DNA of 64,000 nucleotides from Octopus sinensis. Taxonomy: Eukaryota. Positions within the stretch are counted from its first letter, which is position 1; each line of letters begins with the position of its first letter. This document shows, one piece after another, positions 52,701 through 64,000 of this stretch. Under the pieces are notes generated by a model. The model was not told where the DNA came from and ran no database searches. It saw nothing but the letters and a program-made list of their open reading frames with translations. Position numbers and translations under genes: made by a program. The stretch spans positions 23,002,001 through 23,066,000 of the forward strand of contig NC_043007.1 in the NCBI RefSeq assembly GCF_006345805.1, in the 5' to 3' direction.

Positions 52701-55700
52701 GTGATTAGGTGATGGTCTAGGGCTTAGGGGCAGGAAACCCCAGACCTTGGGGAAAAAAAAAAACTTTGGTCGTCTTGTTGTAGTCAAGGGCTCTTCATTG
52801 ACGCCCAACACCACTGGGAGGTGGCCCTCGAAGTCGCTGGAGATGAAGATCTCCAGGTCCAAATTCTTGAACGGCTGCTGTTGCTGTTGTGGTGGGCATG
52901 GTTGTAGTGATGGTGGTAAATTTTGTTGTGACCATCTCCTCTTGTAATTAGTTATATTGTCTAGTAGAGTCTTTCCATGTGTCCGATTTGAGAGAGATCT
53001 GGCTGCTATTTCTTGCAAATCGAGTGACCACGCTGAATCTTTCTATGATGACTTGTGATTTGTTGTCGATAGAAGTGGTTCTTGAAGTAGCTGTGTTTGT
53101 TGATGGCTCAGTTTTTGACAAATACATAACCAAAAGATTGAGTGTCTGTCTGTGTGCACGCACATGTGTGTATGTGGGGAGGTGGGTGGGGGAGATTGGA
53201 TTTTTAAAAAAAATCAATGCAACGTAATTATGAACATTAGCTTCATCAGACGTTTTGTTCTTAATGAACATTCCAATAGGTCAGTGCTAAAATTAATTTC
53301 TGCTCAGATCTTCAGTGTGCATAGAGAAGGTTCAAGTGTTATCAACCTCCACCATTTCTCATTCATTCATTCCAGGATATACATTCAGGCTCTTTGATGT
53401 TGGTATGTGTAATAATGTGTGATCTGATCTCAAAACAAGTTTAAAGATTAATTTAACAGATGCTAGCTCCTTAATATTCACATAGCTCAGTATAGGATGG
53501 GTTGGCATTGATGGAAATATGTATAACTCCCCTCCTCCTCCTCTTACTACTGCTTTCTATGCTGGTGTAGGTTGGATGAGTTGTCAAAGTCTGAGTCAAT
53601 TTTTATTCGTTTTTATTTTTGAGTTACCACTCACCTTGGTGAGTTAGAGAGTCAGGTCTCACTCATACATTCCAAATTTGGCTTAGTGTCTGTAACACTA
53701 CACAGTGTACTGGATGCTTTTTTATCATGTTCTTTGAATTAAATCTATAAAAATTGATTACATTATGGATTAACTCTTTGAATTCAAGCATGGAAAACAA
53801 TACATTGAAAAGTACTGTATTTTAGTGATGCTGTTATTCAAAAAACATATTTATACCTAATAGTTTATTCATGTAATGTTTTATTTTTTTCTCACAGGTT
53901 CTACACACTGTTGGTCTTGTCCACCCTTCTGTTTGGAAAACCACCATTTAAAAACCTCATCAGTAATGGCCTCGTCCTTGCTCAGTGAGTAAAGACAGCT
54001 TTCCATTTTCATTTTAACGTGGTCAGAGTTTATTTTATCTATGTTAATCTTTTACTCTAAAGCAAAGTATAAACTCCTTTTAAGGACTTGAACAATTACT
54101 CTCTTTACCTGCCAAGTATCCATATTTCTGTTATGGGATCCTTAACCCTACTCTTTTACTCTTTTACTTGTTTCAGTCATTTGACTGTGGCCATGCTGGA
54201 GCACCACCCCAGGACTTATTCTTTGGAAGCCTAGTACTTATTCTATCGGTCTCTTTTGCCGAACTGCTAAGTTACGGGGAGGTAGTCACACCAGCGTCGG
54301 TTGTCAAGCCATGTTGGGGGGACAAACACAGACAAACAAACATATACACACACAAACATATACACACACATACATATATATAATATACATATATACGACG
54401 GGCTTCTTTCAGTTTCCGTCTACCAAATCCACTCACAAGGCTTTGGTCGGCCCGAGGCTATAGTAGAAGACACTTGCCCAAGGTGCCATTCAGTGGGACT
54501 GAACCCGGAACCATGTGGTTGGTAAGCAAGCTACTTACCACACAGCCATTTTTTGCAGTAAATACATCTAAAGCAAAATCATTTCATGGACCCTTAATAT
54601 ACTACTGTGGGTCCCCAGTTAACTATTTTGCTCATGTGGATCTCCCAAAAATTTTACATGGACCTCAGTTGAGAACCACTGCTTTACATCATTTCTGTTT
54701 TTTTTATTTTTTCATACCAATCTTAATACCTGGTTGATTTGCATCTATTTTACAGAGATGGCCAGAAGATGAGTAAACGCAAGAAGAATTATCCAGATCC
54801 TCTGGATATTGTCAACAAATATGGTGCTGATGCCCTCAGGTTAGTCTACAGTTTTTCCATTTACTGGATGTCACTGATATATAAAATCATCACAACACTC
54901 TCATCTGTCTGACAAGATACACTGTTACGTGTATTGAGTACTTTATAATTTTACGTAAAATAGAGAGAGTGGCATTTAAATATGTTCATCATCATTATCA
55001 TCGTCATTGTTTAACGTCTGCTTTCCATGCTAGCATGGGTTGCACGATTTGACTGGGGACTGGTGAACCAGATGGCTGCACCAGGCTCCAGTCTTGATCT
55101 GGCAGAGTTTCTACAGATGGATGCTCTTCCTAACGCCAACCATTCTAAGAGTGTAGTGGGTGCTTTTACGTGCCACTGGCACGTCGGCCAGTCTAGCGGT
55201 ACTGGTAACAGCTACGTTCGATGGTGTTTTTGTTTTTACGTGCCACCTGCAGAGGAGTCAGTCCAGCGGCGCTGGCAACGACCTCGCTCTTTACACTATA
55301 TATACTATATATAGACATAAAAATTACTGATAATGGTGTCATGTAAAAAGCACTGGTGATAGTTCCACATAAAAAATACCCAGTACACTCTATAAAGTAG
55401 TTGGCAGTAGGAAGGGCATCCGGCTGTAGAAACCATGCCAAAACAGACAATTGGGGACTGGTGCAGTTCTTGGCCTTACCAGCTCCTGTCAAACCATCCA
55501 GCCCATGCCAGCATGGAAAATGAATGTTAAATGATGATGATGGTGGTGGACAATCTCTCTTTCTCACATGCACACGCACGCTTGTACATGTACCTCTTTC
55601 ACTGTTTCAGATTATATTTAATCAACTCACCAGTTGTGAGGGCCGACAACCTCAAGTTCAAAGAAGAAGGTGTCCGTGATATTCTTAAAGACGTCTTTTT

Positions 55701-58700
55701 ACCATGGTACAATGCTTACCGTTTCCTCATGATGAACATTGACAGGTTGCAGAGGGTAAGTCACTGATTCCTCCCTTGCTTTTGTGTTCCTCAAGCCTTC
55801 TCACATGGCCAGCCAGCCACTTACTATGACCAGTATTTCTTCTAAGCTGTGCATATGTTTGTACTTATGCATTTGTGTGTGCATATGTTATGAAATGGGT
55901 TAGGCTGGCCCATATCACTCCGTAAAGAGCATAGGGTCAGTTTCTTTGGGGTATATATTCCTTCTTGGACAAGATGCCAATCTGTTGCAGGATTACTCAT
56001 TTTTGCCAGCTGAGTGGACTGGAGCATTGTGAAATGAAGTGTTTTGCTCAAGAACACAACACCTCACCCAGTCCAGGAATTGAAACCACAATCTTATGAT
56101 CAGGAGTCCACCAACCCATGCACTTCATATGCAACAGGTGCAGCTTGAGTGGTTGAGCTGGCTGAATATTCTATTGGGTTGTCCGGAAATTTTGTGCCGA
56201 TTTATAGTAGCTTACCTTTCGACTTATTTTAGAACATGGTTGAGTCCATAAAATAGGATTTGACTACACCTCCATTTAGAGCACAGTTTAAGCTATCTTT
56301 TCATGGAAGAAGGTTTATGTTCCTATAATCTGTGTTAATTCTGTAACCCTTTAAAATGGAAGATAAAGTTCATTTTCGGCACTTGATGCTTTGGGAACCA
56401 GGCAAAAATTGCTGCAGCTCGGCTGGTATGTATTACCCCACCCTCCATATTCACCAGATATTGCTCCTTCGGATTTCCACTTATTCAGGTCTCTGCAGAA
56501 TAGTCTTAATGGTAAAAATTTCAATTCCTTGAATGACATAAAAAGATACCTTGATGAATTCTTTGCCATGAAACCATCTCAATTCTGGGAAGAGGGTATT
56601 TTCAAGTTAAAGGAAAGATGGAGATGCATTGTGCAACAAAATGGTTCATATTTGGTTGATTAAAAATGTTATGGCAAGTATTTATTGACCTTTTTCTTTC
56701 CTTTAAAAATCGGCACAAACTTTCCGGACAACCCAATACAAACACTTCTATTCTTGGTGTAATCCTCAGATGAAAAATCAACCGAGAAGTGTGTGTGACA
56801 AAATTTTTTTGAAGTACAGATACAGTTCATTCATTAGGCTCCCACACTGTTCCCTTGTATTCAGTTTCCTTCACAATGCTTAGGTTATGGTAGAAAACAT
56901 TTACCCACAGTGCTGCACTGTAGGACTTGAACTCATAACCTCATAATTGTGAAATAAACTTCTTAACTATTTGGCCATGCAGACACGCACTCCCCACTGC
57001 ACATACACGTTTTACTCTGATGTACTACATATGCACACATAACACTATTTACTCGTTCTTTTTGTATCTGTTGCTTTCTTCTTGTTGAAGGATGAAAACA
57101 TGAAATTTGTGTACGATGAAGAAAAAATTCAGCCATCTCCCAGCTACATGGATTGTTGGATCCTGTCTTTCACACAATCACTCATCAAATATGTCCAAGA
57201 AGAGATGGCTGGTGAGTTAAGTTTTTCTTGCATTTCCTTTTTATATTGTTCTCTCTTCTCGTGGTTCTGAGAATTTAACAAAACAGCAGAAAACATTGTT
57301 AGTAGGTACTGGATTTAGTGTATATAATCTTTTCTATTATAGGCACAAGGTCTGAAATTTTATGTGTGGGGGCTAGTTGATTACATCAACCCCCAGTACT
57401 CAACTGGTACTTATTTCATTAATTCTGACAGGACGAAAGACAAAGTTGACCTCAGTGTAATTTGAACTCAGAACATAAAGACAGACGAAATGCTGCTAAG
57501 AATTTTGCCTGGCATGCTAACAGTTCTGCCAGCTTGCTGCCTTAAAATATTATCAGGAACCTCTGCTCGGTGAGCTATCCATTCTTCCATTACAGGAAGA
57601 TTATTTAGTGTATATAATGAAATAGGTTTGGTCAAGCAAGGAGACCTGCTTTAGTAGATTAGGTCAGATATTTTCTGAAGGATATGGAGGTGTGGTGAGT
57701 TCATCATCATCATCGTTTAACGTCCGCTTTCCATGCTAACATGAGTTGGACAGTTTGACTGGGGTCTGGGAAGCCAGGAGGCTGCACCAGGCCCAGTCTG
57801 ATCTGGCTGTGTTTTTACAGCTGGATGCTCTTCCTAACGACAACCACTCCGTGAGTGTAGTGGGTGCTTTTTACGTGCCACCGGCACAGGTGCCAGGCGA
57901 GGCTGGCAACGACCACAATTGGTTGGTGCTTTTTATGTGCCACCAGAAATGGTAATGGAGTTAACCAGAATATTTGTAGAATCTTAGAGTTTTATTTTAT
58001 GACCAGTGTAACTAATTTTATATTATTTTATTTAATCCTGCTTTTCTTTAAAAGAGAGCCCCAATGTGGTCACTCAATCTGCTAGACATAGAAACCAAAT
58101 GTTTCCATATCACCCTAACTTCTTAAAAGTAACAACACATTGAATAATGTAATTCCAAATATGTATGTTTGTATGTGTGTTTGTGTTTTAGTGCTTGACA
58201 ACCAACTTTGGATTATTTACTTTCCTGTCACTTAGCAGCTTGGCAAATAGAGAACAATAAAATAAGTGCCAGACTTAAAATTAGTTGTGGTTGATTATTC
58301 AACTAAATTTTTCAGAGCCGTGCCCTAGCATGGTCACAGTCCAATGACTAGAATCAGTAAAAGAATGAGAGACAGTAAAGATCATGGCCACTTCTTTCGC
58401 TTCCATAGTATATGTGCGTTTGATTGAAGACATTCCAGCTATGACCATCCTGTCTTTTTTTTCTAAACACAAAGCTGTTATTTGAAGATTTTGCTGTTAT
58501 CTGTACAAATCAAAAACTAGTTTGCTTGAAATAATGAACTGTAATACATTGGCATTTGATTAATTGATGGTGAACCTAATGTTTTGAGCAGTAAGTGCCC
58601 TTTGTCAAACAAAGGGTGAAATCTTTTATCTACGTTACTAATACTTCTTCACAACACCAATAATAGTTATGGTGATCTCTCACCCCTCAGTTGATTACTA

Positions 58701-59143
58701 ATCATTGTCTTTCTTTGCAGCCTACCACCTCTACACTGTCATCCCCCGGCTCCTCAAGTTTGTTGACCAACTGACCAACTGGTATGTCCGTATGAACAGG
58801 AAGAGACTGAAGGTTAGTGACTTGCAGTTCAATGATTCATATCTCATCACTGACACCATGCTTTGTCCCTGGCTAAGATACTTGCTTTTCAGTGACCCAT
58901 TTCATCTTGCTGTTCTGTGATTGGAATCAGTGGTTGTTTAGCCCCGGGTCATCTCTGCTCAAATGGAACCAAGATCAAAAGCATTCTAGCTTCAACTACC
59001 CAATTTTTTCTGTTTTTGCAGATACAATGATACTAGGACTGCATTATCAACTTCATCCTTCCTTCTTTTGAGATGATAGGGTGTAATTCGAGTGATTTGG
59101 CTGCTATTTCTAGTGTGTCAAGCAACTACAGTATGTATGTATG

Positions 59144-59186
<43 letters not shown>

Positions 59187-59278
59187 TGTGTGTGTTGTGT
59201 GTGGTGTGTGTGTGTGTATGTGTGTTGTGTGTGTGTGTATGTGTGGTGTGTGTGTGTGTGGTGTGTGTGTGTGTGTGT

Positions 59279-59314
<36 letters not shown>

Positions 59315-62222
59315 GTATGTATGTATATATATATATATACACACACACAGTGTACTGTTATAAGCACCAAGTAACATCATTGTTACAAGTGGATTTGGTT
59401 GAAAGAAACTGAAACATACCCACCGTGTGTGTGCATGCACTTATACACAGGGCAAAGCTAAAACTATGTAGAGCAAAAATCTTATGTGAAGATTTAGTGC
59501 TCTAACTTAGGGGCACAACTTATGCAGAAATAAATATGTCGAGTATTGATTGTATTATTGCTGAAGTGATGTTTTTCCATTAATCATTTTAGGGTGAATT
59601 TGGTTCCCAAGACTGTCTGTATGCTCTGGAGACTCTGTTTGGAGTTCTGTTCTGTATGACCAAAGTAATGGTAAGTTGATATTCCTCTATTATATCTTCT
59701 TTTACTAGTCAATCTCTCTCTTTCTCTTTCTCACACACACACACAGCTCTGTGTGTGGGTCATGTTGCATTCGTCGACATTGTGCAGACCAATAATTAAC
59801 CCTTTCGTTACCAACCCGGCTGAAACCGGCTCTGGCTCTGAGAACAAATGTCTTGTTTTGAATTAAAATCTTCCACCAAACCTTAGTCACAATTTATGTT
59901 CTTAACACTAGCTTAATGATAACTAAGTTATTTTACTAAATTTTTTGTTATATTTAAAATTAATTGAAAGAAACATAGAGCATCTCAAATGGCTGAAACC
60001 GGCTCTGGCTCTGTAGTACAAATATCATGTTTTCATAAGTTCTGAATTAAAATCTTCCACCAAACCTTAGTCACAATTTATGTTCCTAACACTAGCTGAA
60101 TGATAACTAAGTTATTTTACTAAATTCTTTGTTATAGTTAAAGAAATTGAAAGAGACACAGAGCATCTCAAAATAAATACAGTAACAAAAGGGTTAAAGG
60201 CATTTTAGCCACAACCAGATCATCCCATTATTTCTTTTTCGTACATGATTTTCAGGACCATAGGATTCAATATATCTTTATTTCTTTATTTATCTGGGTT
60301 TTTTTTTTTGAGATAGCAGGCTTGATTTGAGAAAGATTTGGTTGCTATTTCTGACAGGACAAGTAACAGTGTTAAGGCCTGTAATTTGAGGGACATTTTG
60401 TTGTCTTGTAAAAGTATAGGAAACGGTACTTATTTGTTTTTATTTTGTGAAATACTCTTTTGTATGATAGGCGCAGGAGTGGCTGTGTGGTAAGTAGGTT
60501 GTTTACCAACCACATGGTTCCGGGTTCAGTTCCACTGCGTGGCACCTTGGGCAAGTGTCTTCTACTATAGCCTCGGGCCGACCAAAGCCTTGTGAGTGGA
60601 TTTGGTAGACGGAAACTGAAAGAAGCCCGTCGTATATATATATGTATATATATATATATGTGTATATGTGTGTTTGTGTGTCTGTGTTTGTCCTCCTAGC
60701 ATTGCTTGACAACCGATGCTGGTGTGTTTATGTCCCCGTAACTTAGCGGTTCGGCAAAAGAGACCGATAGAATAAGTACTGGGCTTACAAAAGAATAAGT
60801 CCCGGGGTCGAGTTGCTCGATTAAAGGCGGTGCTCCAGCATGGCCGCAGTCAAATGACTGAAACAAGTAAAAGAGAGAAAGAGTAAAGAGTATGATATTT
60901 ATAACTGGAGAAAGTAACTGATGTAATGAAAAAAAAAAACCCCATCTTTTTCTATGGTTAACACTGGGGCAAAATCAGTATCTTATATCAGGGTACAATT
61001 AAGGTAAAAATGTGTAACTTACATAAGACATTTCAATTCAACAACATAGAATTGAAGTACAACCAGAACACATCTGATTCTGTCAACTTATATAGCTATC
61101 TTTGTTTTGAATTTTTATAATCCATCATCCAGGGCTTCATCACTCCTGAAGGAGGAACCCCTTCCTGGACTCCTTCCACCAGTGTCTGTCTCTGGCCAGT
61201 CGTGGCCATATAGACCCCCAGGTAGCAGGTGAGACCATCTCGCCATCTTGTCTTTGGTCGGCCTCTTGATCATGTCCATTGTCTTGATGTCCATTCTGTC
61301 ACCCTGGTTGTCCATCTGTTGTCCTTCATTTGTGTGATGTGATATGGTCCTTATGGATCTCATTGACTCTTCTGTGCTATTATTGGATCCAAGTGTTGGT
61401 TTTCTTGTCCCACAGTGAAGCCAAGCATGATTTGTTTAATTTTTTGTTGGGCTACAACCATGGCATTCATGATTGTAATGTTGAGATCCCATGTTTCTCT
61501 ACCATAAATCAGCACTGGCAGAATGTACTCATTGAAGATCTTTTTGATTTTCATAGAAGCCTTGGGACTTCTTATAACGTTCTCCACCTTCCAAAAGGCT
61601 CCGCAATGTCTAAGCTTAATTCTCGTTAATTTAAATTTTTAAAAGAATTTCATTGGAACCTTCCAGTTATTTAATGTTGTAGTGACTTGCTAGAAATATT
61701 AGAAGTGTTACTTTAACATGGGGTTATTTTTATTATTAAAAAGACTTGTTTCCTTTCCTTAAATATTTTGTAAGGGATGAGAGTAAAATGGAATTTGTAT
61801 AGACATAAGCATGGCTCTGTGGTTAAGAAGCTTGCTTTGCCACCATGTGGTTTTGGGTTCAATCACACTGCATAACACCTTCTGAAAGTGACTTGCCCAA
61901 GGTGCCACGCAGTGAGACTGAACCCGGAACCATGTGGTTCATAAGCAAGCTACTTACCACACAGCCACTCCTACGCCTATGTGAACTTTCACACATACAT
62001 ACACTTCCAGGTATATTACCAATAGCACTCTCCCTAAATATAAATAAGCCAACATTCTCTCAATGCAGTGCAATTACATTTACGTCTCGTCTGCTTTCAG
62101 GCTCCATTTATTCCCTTCCTCACAGAACACATGTACCAGAATCTACGACAGTTCCTACCTCAGAAGAAAGGAAGCAAGCAGGATATGAGAAGCATCCATT
62201 TTCTCTTTTATCCTTCTGTCAA
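32384..62222 (+). CDS. IARS1: Cytoplasmic isoleucyl-tRNA synthetase, 22 coding exons in window, 3' end truncated by window edge
   Basis: Manual splicing of 22 GT-AG exons gives an uninterrupted 2432-nt frame: [22 protein letters not shown]...[20 protein letters not shown]...[11 protein letters not shown]...[15 protein letters not shown]...[20 protein letters not shown] and the N-terminus match the eukaryote cytosolic type. Confidence 0.98.
32722..33205. repeat. 16-bp minisatellite (TCCATCCACCTCTCTC)n, roughly 30 copies, in IARS1 intron 1
   Basis: Direct reading; 16-aa periodic ORFs in all frames. Confidence 0.95.
34243..34399 (+). CDS. IARS1: IARS1 coding exon 2 (HIGH motif)
   Basis: ttgcag|; [31 protein letters not shown]...GWDCHGLPV; |gtaagt. 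Confidence 0.97.
34862..34981 (+). CDS. IARS1: IARS1 coding exon 3
   Basis: accag|; [16 protein letters not shown]...MRYSKEWK; |gttcgt. Confidence 0.95.
36410..36902 (-). mobile_element. Second 5'-truncated copy of the CR1-group LINE
   Basis: Near-identical to 9395-9880. Confidence 0.85.
37130..37264 (+). CDS. IARS1: IARS1 coding exon 4
   Basis: tttcag|; [19 protein letters not shown]...GLVYKGYK; |gtaatt. Confidence 0.96.
37598..38140. repeat. Compound repeat [GACTAGA(CA)n]m
   Basis: Direct reading. Confidence 0.95.
38203..38287 (+). CDS. IARS1: IARS1 coding exon 5
   Basis: tttcag|; [28 protein letters not shown]; |gtaaat. Confidence 0.95.
38553..39064. mobile_element. pogo/Tigger-like MITE; partial copy at ~10560-10704
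   Basis: TA|CTGTAAATCCTCGAGTATA ... TATACTCGAGGATTTACGG|TA. Confidence 0.8.
39400..39560. repeat. (CA)n/(CACT)n microsatellite
   Basis: Direct reading. Confidence 0.95.
39747..39875 (+). CDS. IARS1: IARS1 coding exon 6 (CP1 editing domain Thr-rich motif)
   Basis: ttacag|; [33 protein letters not shown]...; |gtgtgt. Confidence 0.96.
40820..40907 (+). CDS. IARS1: IARS1 coding exon 7
   Basis: ctccag|; [28 protein letters not shown]; |gtaatt. Confidence 0.94.
42876..42936 (+). CDS. IARS1: IARS1 coding exon 8
   Basis: ttctag|; [20 protein letters not shown]; |gtaagt. Confidence 0.94.
43820..44420 (-). mobile_element. Meta-domain-like SINE with three tandem ~180-bp body units
   Basis: One head followed by three near-identical B-box-to-tail units. 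Confidence 0.85.
46002..46100 (+). CDS. IARS1: IARS1 coding exon 9 (GTG editing motif)
   Basis: ttttag|; [33 protein letters not shown]; |gtgagt. Confidence 0.96.
47150..47272 (+). CDS. IARS1: IARS1 coding exon 10
   Basis: tcacag|; [41 protein letters not shown]; |gtaggt. Confidence 0.96.
48389..48480 (+). CDS. IARS1: IARS1 coding exon 11
   Basis: caccag|; [30 protein letters not shown]; |gtaaga. Confidence 0.96.
48956..49054 (+). CDS. IARS1: IARS1 coding exon 12
   Basis: attcag|; [32 protein letters not shown]; |gtatgt. Confidence 0.96.
49691..49817 (+). CDS. IARS1: IARS1 coding exon 13
   Basis: caatag|; [42 protein letters not shown]; |gtattt. Confidence 0.97.
51530..51603 (+). CDS. IARS1: IARS1 coding exon 14
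   Basis: ttgtag|; [24 protein letters not shown]; |gtaggt. Confidence 0.95.
51809..52003 (+). CDS. IARS1: IARS1 coding exon 15
   Basis: ctgtag|; [35 protein letters not shown]...[11 protein letters not shown]; |gtaagt. Confidence 0.97.
53898..53984 (+). CDS. IARS1: IARS1 coding exon 16
   Basis: tcacag|; [28 protein letters not shown]; |gtgagt. Confidence 0.96.
54756..54839 (+). CDS. IARS1: IARS1 coding exon 17 (KMSKR motif)
   Basis: ttacag|; [27 protein letters not shown]; |gttagt. Confidence 0.97.
55611..55755 (+). CDS. IARS1: IARS1 coding exon 18
   Basis: tttcag|; [39 protein letters not shown]...; |gtaagt. Confidence 0.97.
56174..56736 (+). mobile_element. Internally deleted mariner transposon
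   Basis: TA|TTGGGTTGTCCGGAAA.TTTGTGCCGATTT TIRs at both ends; N-terminal [13 protein letters not shown] joined to C-terminal [19 protein letters not shown]. Confidence 0.93.
57091..57211 (+). CDS. IARS1: IARS1 coding exon 19
   Basis: ttgaag| (AAG acceptor); [40 protein letters not shown]; |gtgagt. Confidence 0.93.
58721..58812 (+). CDS. IARS1: IARS1 coding exon 20
   Basis: ttgcag|; [30 protein letters not shown]; |gttagt. Confidence 0.97.
59131..59350. repeat. (TA)n/(TG)n microsatellite
   Basis: Direct reading. Confidence 0.95.
59593..59670 (+). CDS. IARS1: IARS1 coding exon 21
   Basis: ttttag|; [26 protein letters not shown]; |gtaagt. Confidence 0.95.
61110..61630 (-). mobile_element. 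Decayed RTE-clade LINE fragment
   Basis: [18 protein letters not shown] and RPKTRW-like motifs typical of the RTE ORF C-terminus, broken by frameshifts. Confidence 0.75.
62101..62222 (+). CDS. IARS1: IARS1 coding exon 22 (anticodon-binding domain); last exon seen in window
   Basis: tttcag|; [40 protein letters not shown]; |gtaagt. Confidence 0.95.
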
Positions 62223-62379
62223 GTAAGTATACATGATTATTCATCTCATCCGGCTTCATCTTCTTTGATGTCTTTTTTCCATTCTATAAAGGATAGTTAA
62301 CAGCATAATTGTTGTGGTGTACTCAATGCTGGCTAGTCCAGTTTTGCCATTGACCCCCTACCTGTGGTTGAATCAGTGG

Positions 62380-62716
62380 CCTCTACCTCCTCCTCTGCCT
62401 CCTCCACTTCCTCTTCTGCCTCCTCTTCCACTTCCTGTTCTTCCTCCTCTTCTTCCACTTCCTGTTCTTCCTCCTCTTCTTCCACTTCCTGTTCTTCCTC
62501 CTCTTCTTCCACTTCCTCTTCTGCCTCCCCTCCACTTCCTCCTCCTCCTCCACTTCCTCTTCTTCTCCCTCCTCCTCCTCCTCCTCCTCCTCCACTTCCT
62601 CTTCTTCCTCCTCCTCCACTTCCTCTTCTTCCTCCTCCTCCTCCTCCACTTCCTCTTCTTCCTCCTCCTCCACTTCCTCTTCTTCCTCCTCCTCCTCCTC
62701 CTCCTCCTCTTTTTCT
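62380..62716. repeat. Polypyrimidine (CCT/CTT)n low-complexity tract
   Basis: Direct reading. Confidence 0.95.
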
Positions 62717-63217
62717 TCATTATTTTGTTCATCCACTTTTCTATGTTGGTATGGGTTGGACGAGACTTTTTGTGGCAGTGTTTTGTAATTGGATCCCTGG
62801 GTCAATCAAAAGTTCCTTGACTTTTAATATAAACCAGTTAACAGTTGAATGTTTTAATATACATCTCGTCTCCCTTTATCTCTCCCTCACACTTCCTTAC
62901 CTCCACCACAACCATCACCCACCTCCAAGCAACATTCATTAACCCTGTCACCAACCTTATTCGCCTCTCCCATTGATTGCTATGGCTCAGGGATTGCAGG
63001 ATTGGTTTTAGACCCGTCAAGCCAAGTGAAATCATAGTCATGGCTGATGCTGATGTCACATAACTGGCACCCGTGCTGGTGGCATATAAAAAGCACCCAT
63101 TACACGCTTGGAGTGGTTGGCATTAAGAAGGGCATCCAGCCATGGAAACCATGCCAAATCAGACTGGGACCTTGGGTAGCCATTCAGCTTACCAGTTTCA
63201 GTCAAAACCGTCTAACC

Positions 63218-63365
63218 CAATGGTTCCCAACTTTTTTACTACCAAGGACCCCTTTTATTTTGATGAGTTTTCCCATGGACCTCAGGATATTGAAAGGTCT
63301 GTCAGCTTAACATGCTGATGGACCCCCTAGTACTATCTTTGTGGACCACAGGTTAGTAACCGCCG
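63218..63365. mobile_element. Short hAT-type MITE nested in an RTE-tailed SINE
   Basis: CAATGGTTCCCAAC ... GTTAGTAACCGCCG flanked by GTCTAACC. Confidence 0.6.
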
Positions 63366-64000
63366 GTCTAACCCATATTTCTTTATTGCCCACATGGGGC
63401 TAAATGTAGAGGAGACAAACAAGGACAGACAAAGGGATTAAGTCAATTATATCGACCCTAGTGCATAACTGGTACTTAATTTATCTCTACCCCGAAAGGG
63501 TGAAAGGCAAAGTCAACCTCAGCGGAATTTGAACTCAAAACGTAATGGCAGATGAAATACCGCTAAGCATTTTGCCTGGCGTGCTAACGTTTCTGCCAGC
63601 TCGCACTGGTCTAACCTATGCCAGCATAGAAAGCAAACACTAAATGATGATGATGATGCCATTTTTAGAACAATGAATATTCTCTCACCTTTGGATAATG
63701 ACATTTTTCTAACAGTTTATCAAAAAAAAATATCTATTCACAATAATAAATAGCAAGTATCATCATCACCAGTCATTTCATTTATCATCCTGCAGCTTAT
63801 TGGTTGTGTAGAGAGGAGTAGACAGTATAGGAATGTTGTGTAGGGTGAAACCTATCCTTTGCAAGCCAGACTATCCTTGTTTAACCCCAAGTTGGTGCTG
63901 ATCAAGCAGACTTATGATCAAAAAACATCCCAGCCAAGACCATCCTGTATTTTTCTCAGGAATTTTATAACTTGTCCTTTTTTTTAAGATGGTAGGTTAT

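Noticed and set aside
62314-62942. Poly-P/S/L/E/R ORFs
   Set aside because: Low-complexity CCT/CTT tract.

Overview
Eukaryotic, AT-rich, repeat-dense genomic DNA. The SINE families and microsatellite load point to an octopus (cephalopod) genome; this is inferred, not proven. The right half (32374-62222, + strand) holds 22 coding exons of cytoplasmic isoleucyl-tRNA synthetase (IARS1). I spliced them by hand into one open frame of 2432 nt (~810 codons) with GT-AG introns and the HYGH (HIGH), WTTTPWT and KMSKR motifs; the 3' exons lie beyond the window. The rest is mostly tRNA-derived SINEs, TTAA/TA/8-bp-TSD MITEs, a Helitron, a deleted mariner, CR1/RTE LINE fragments and simple repeats. Signals not explained by these features: (1) a non-repetitive ~490-nt highly structured stretch (~21304-21796) with an snRNA-type PSE-like element upstream and a 3'-box-like motif downstream, matching no ncRNA I recognise; (2) several type-I hammerhead-ribozyme-like motifs of the Penelope-associated kind (best at 7810-7868); (3) two substitutions in IleRS at normally conserved proofreading positions (GTGxVH His->Gln; SWF Trp->Thr); (4) orphan exon-like segments, including candidate upstream in-frame IARS1 exons. 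Repeat boundaries were read by eye and are approximate.
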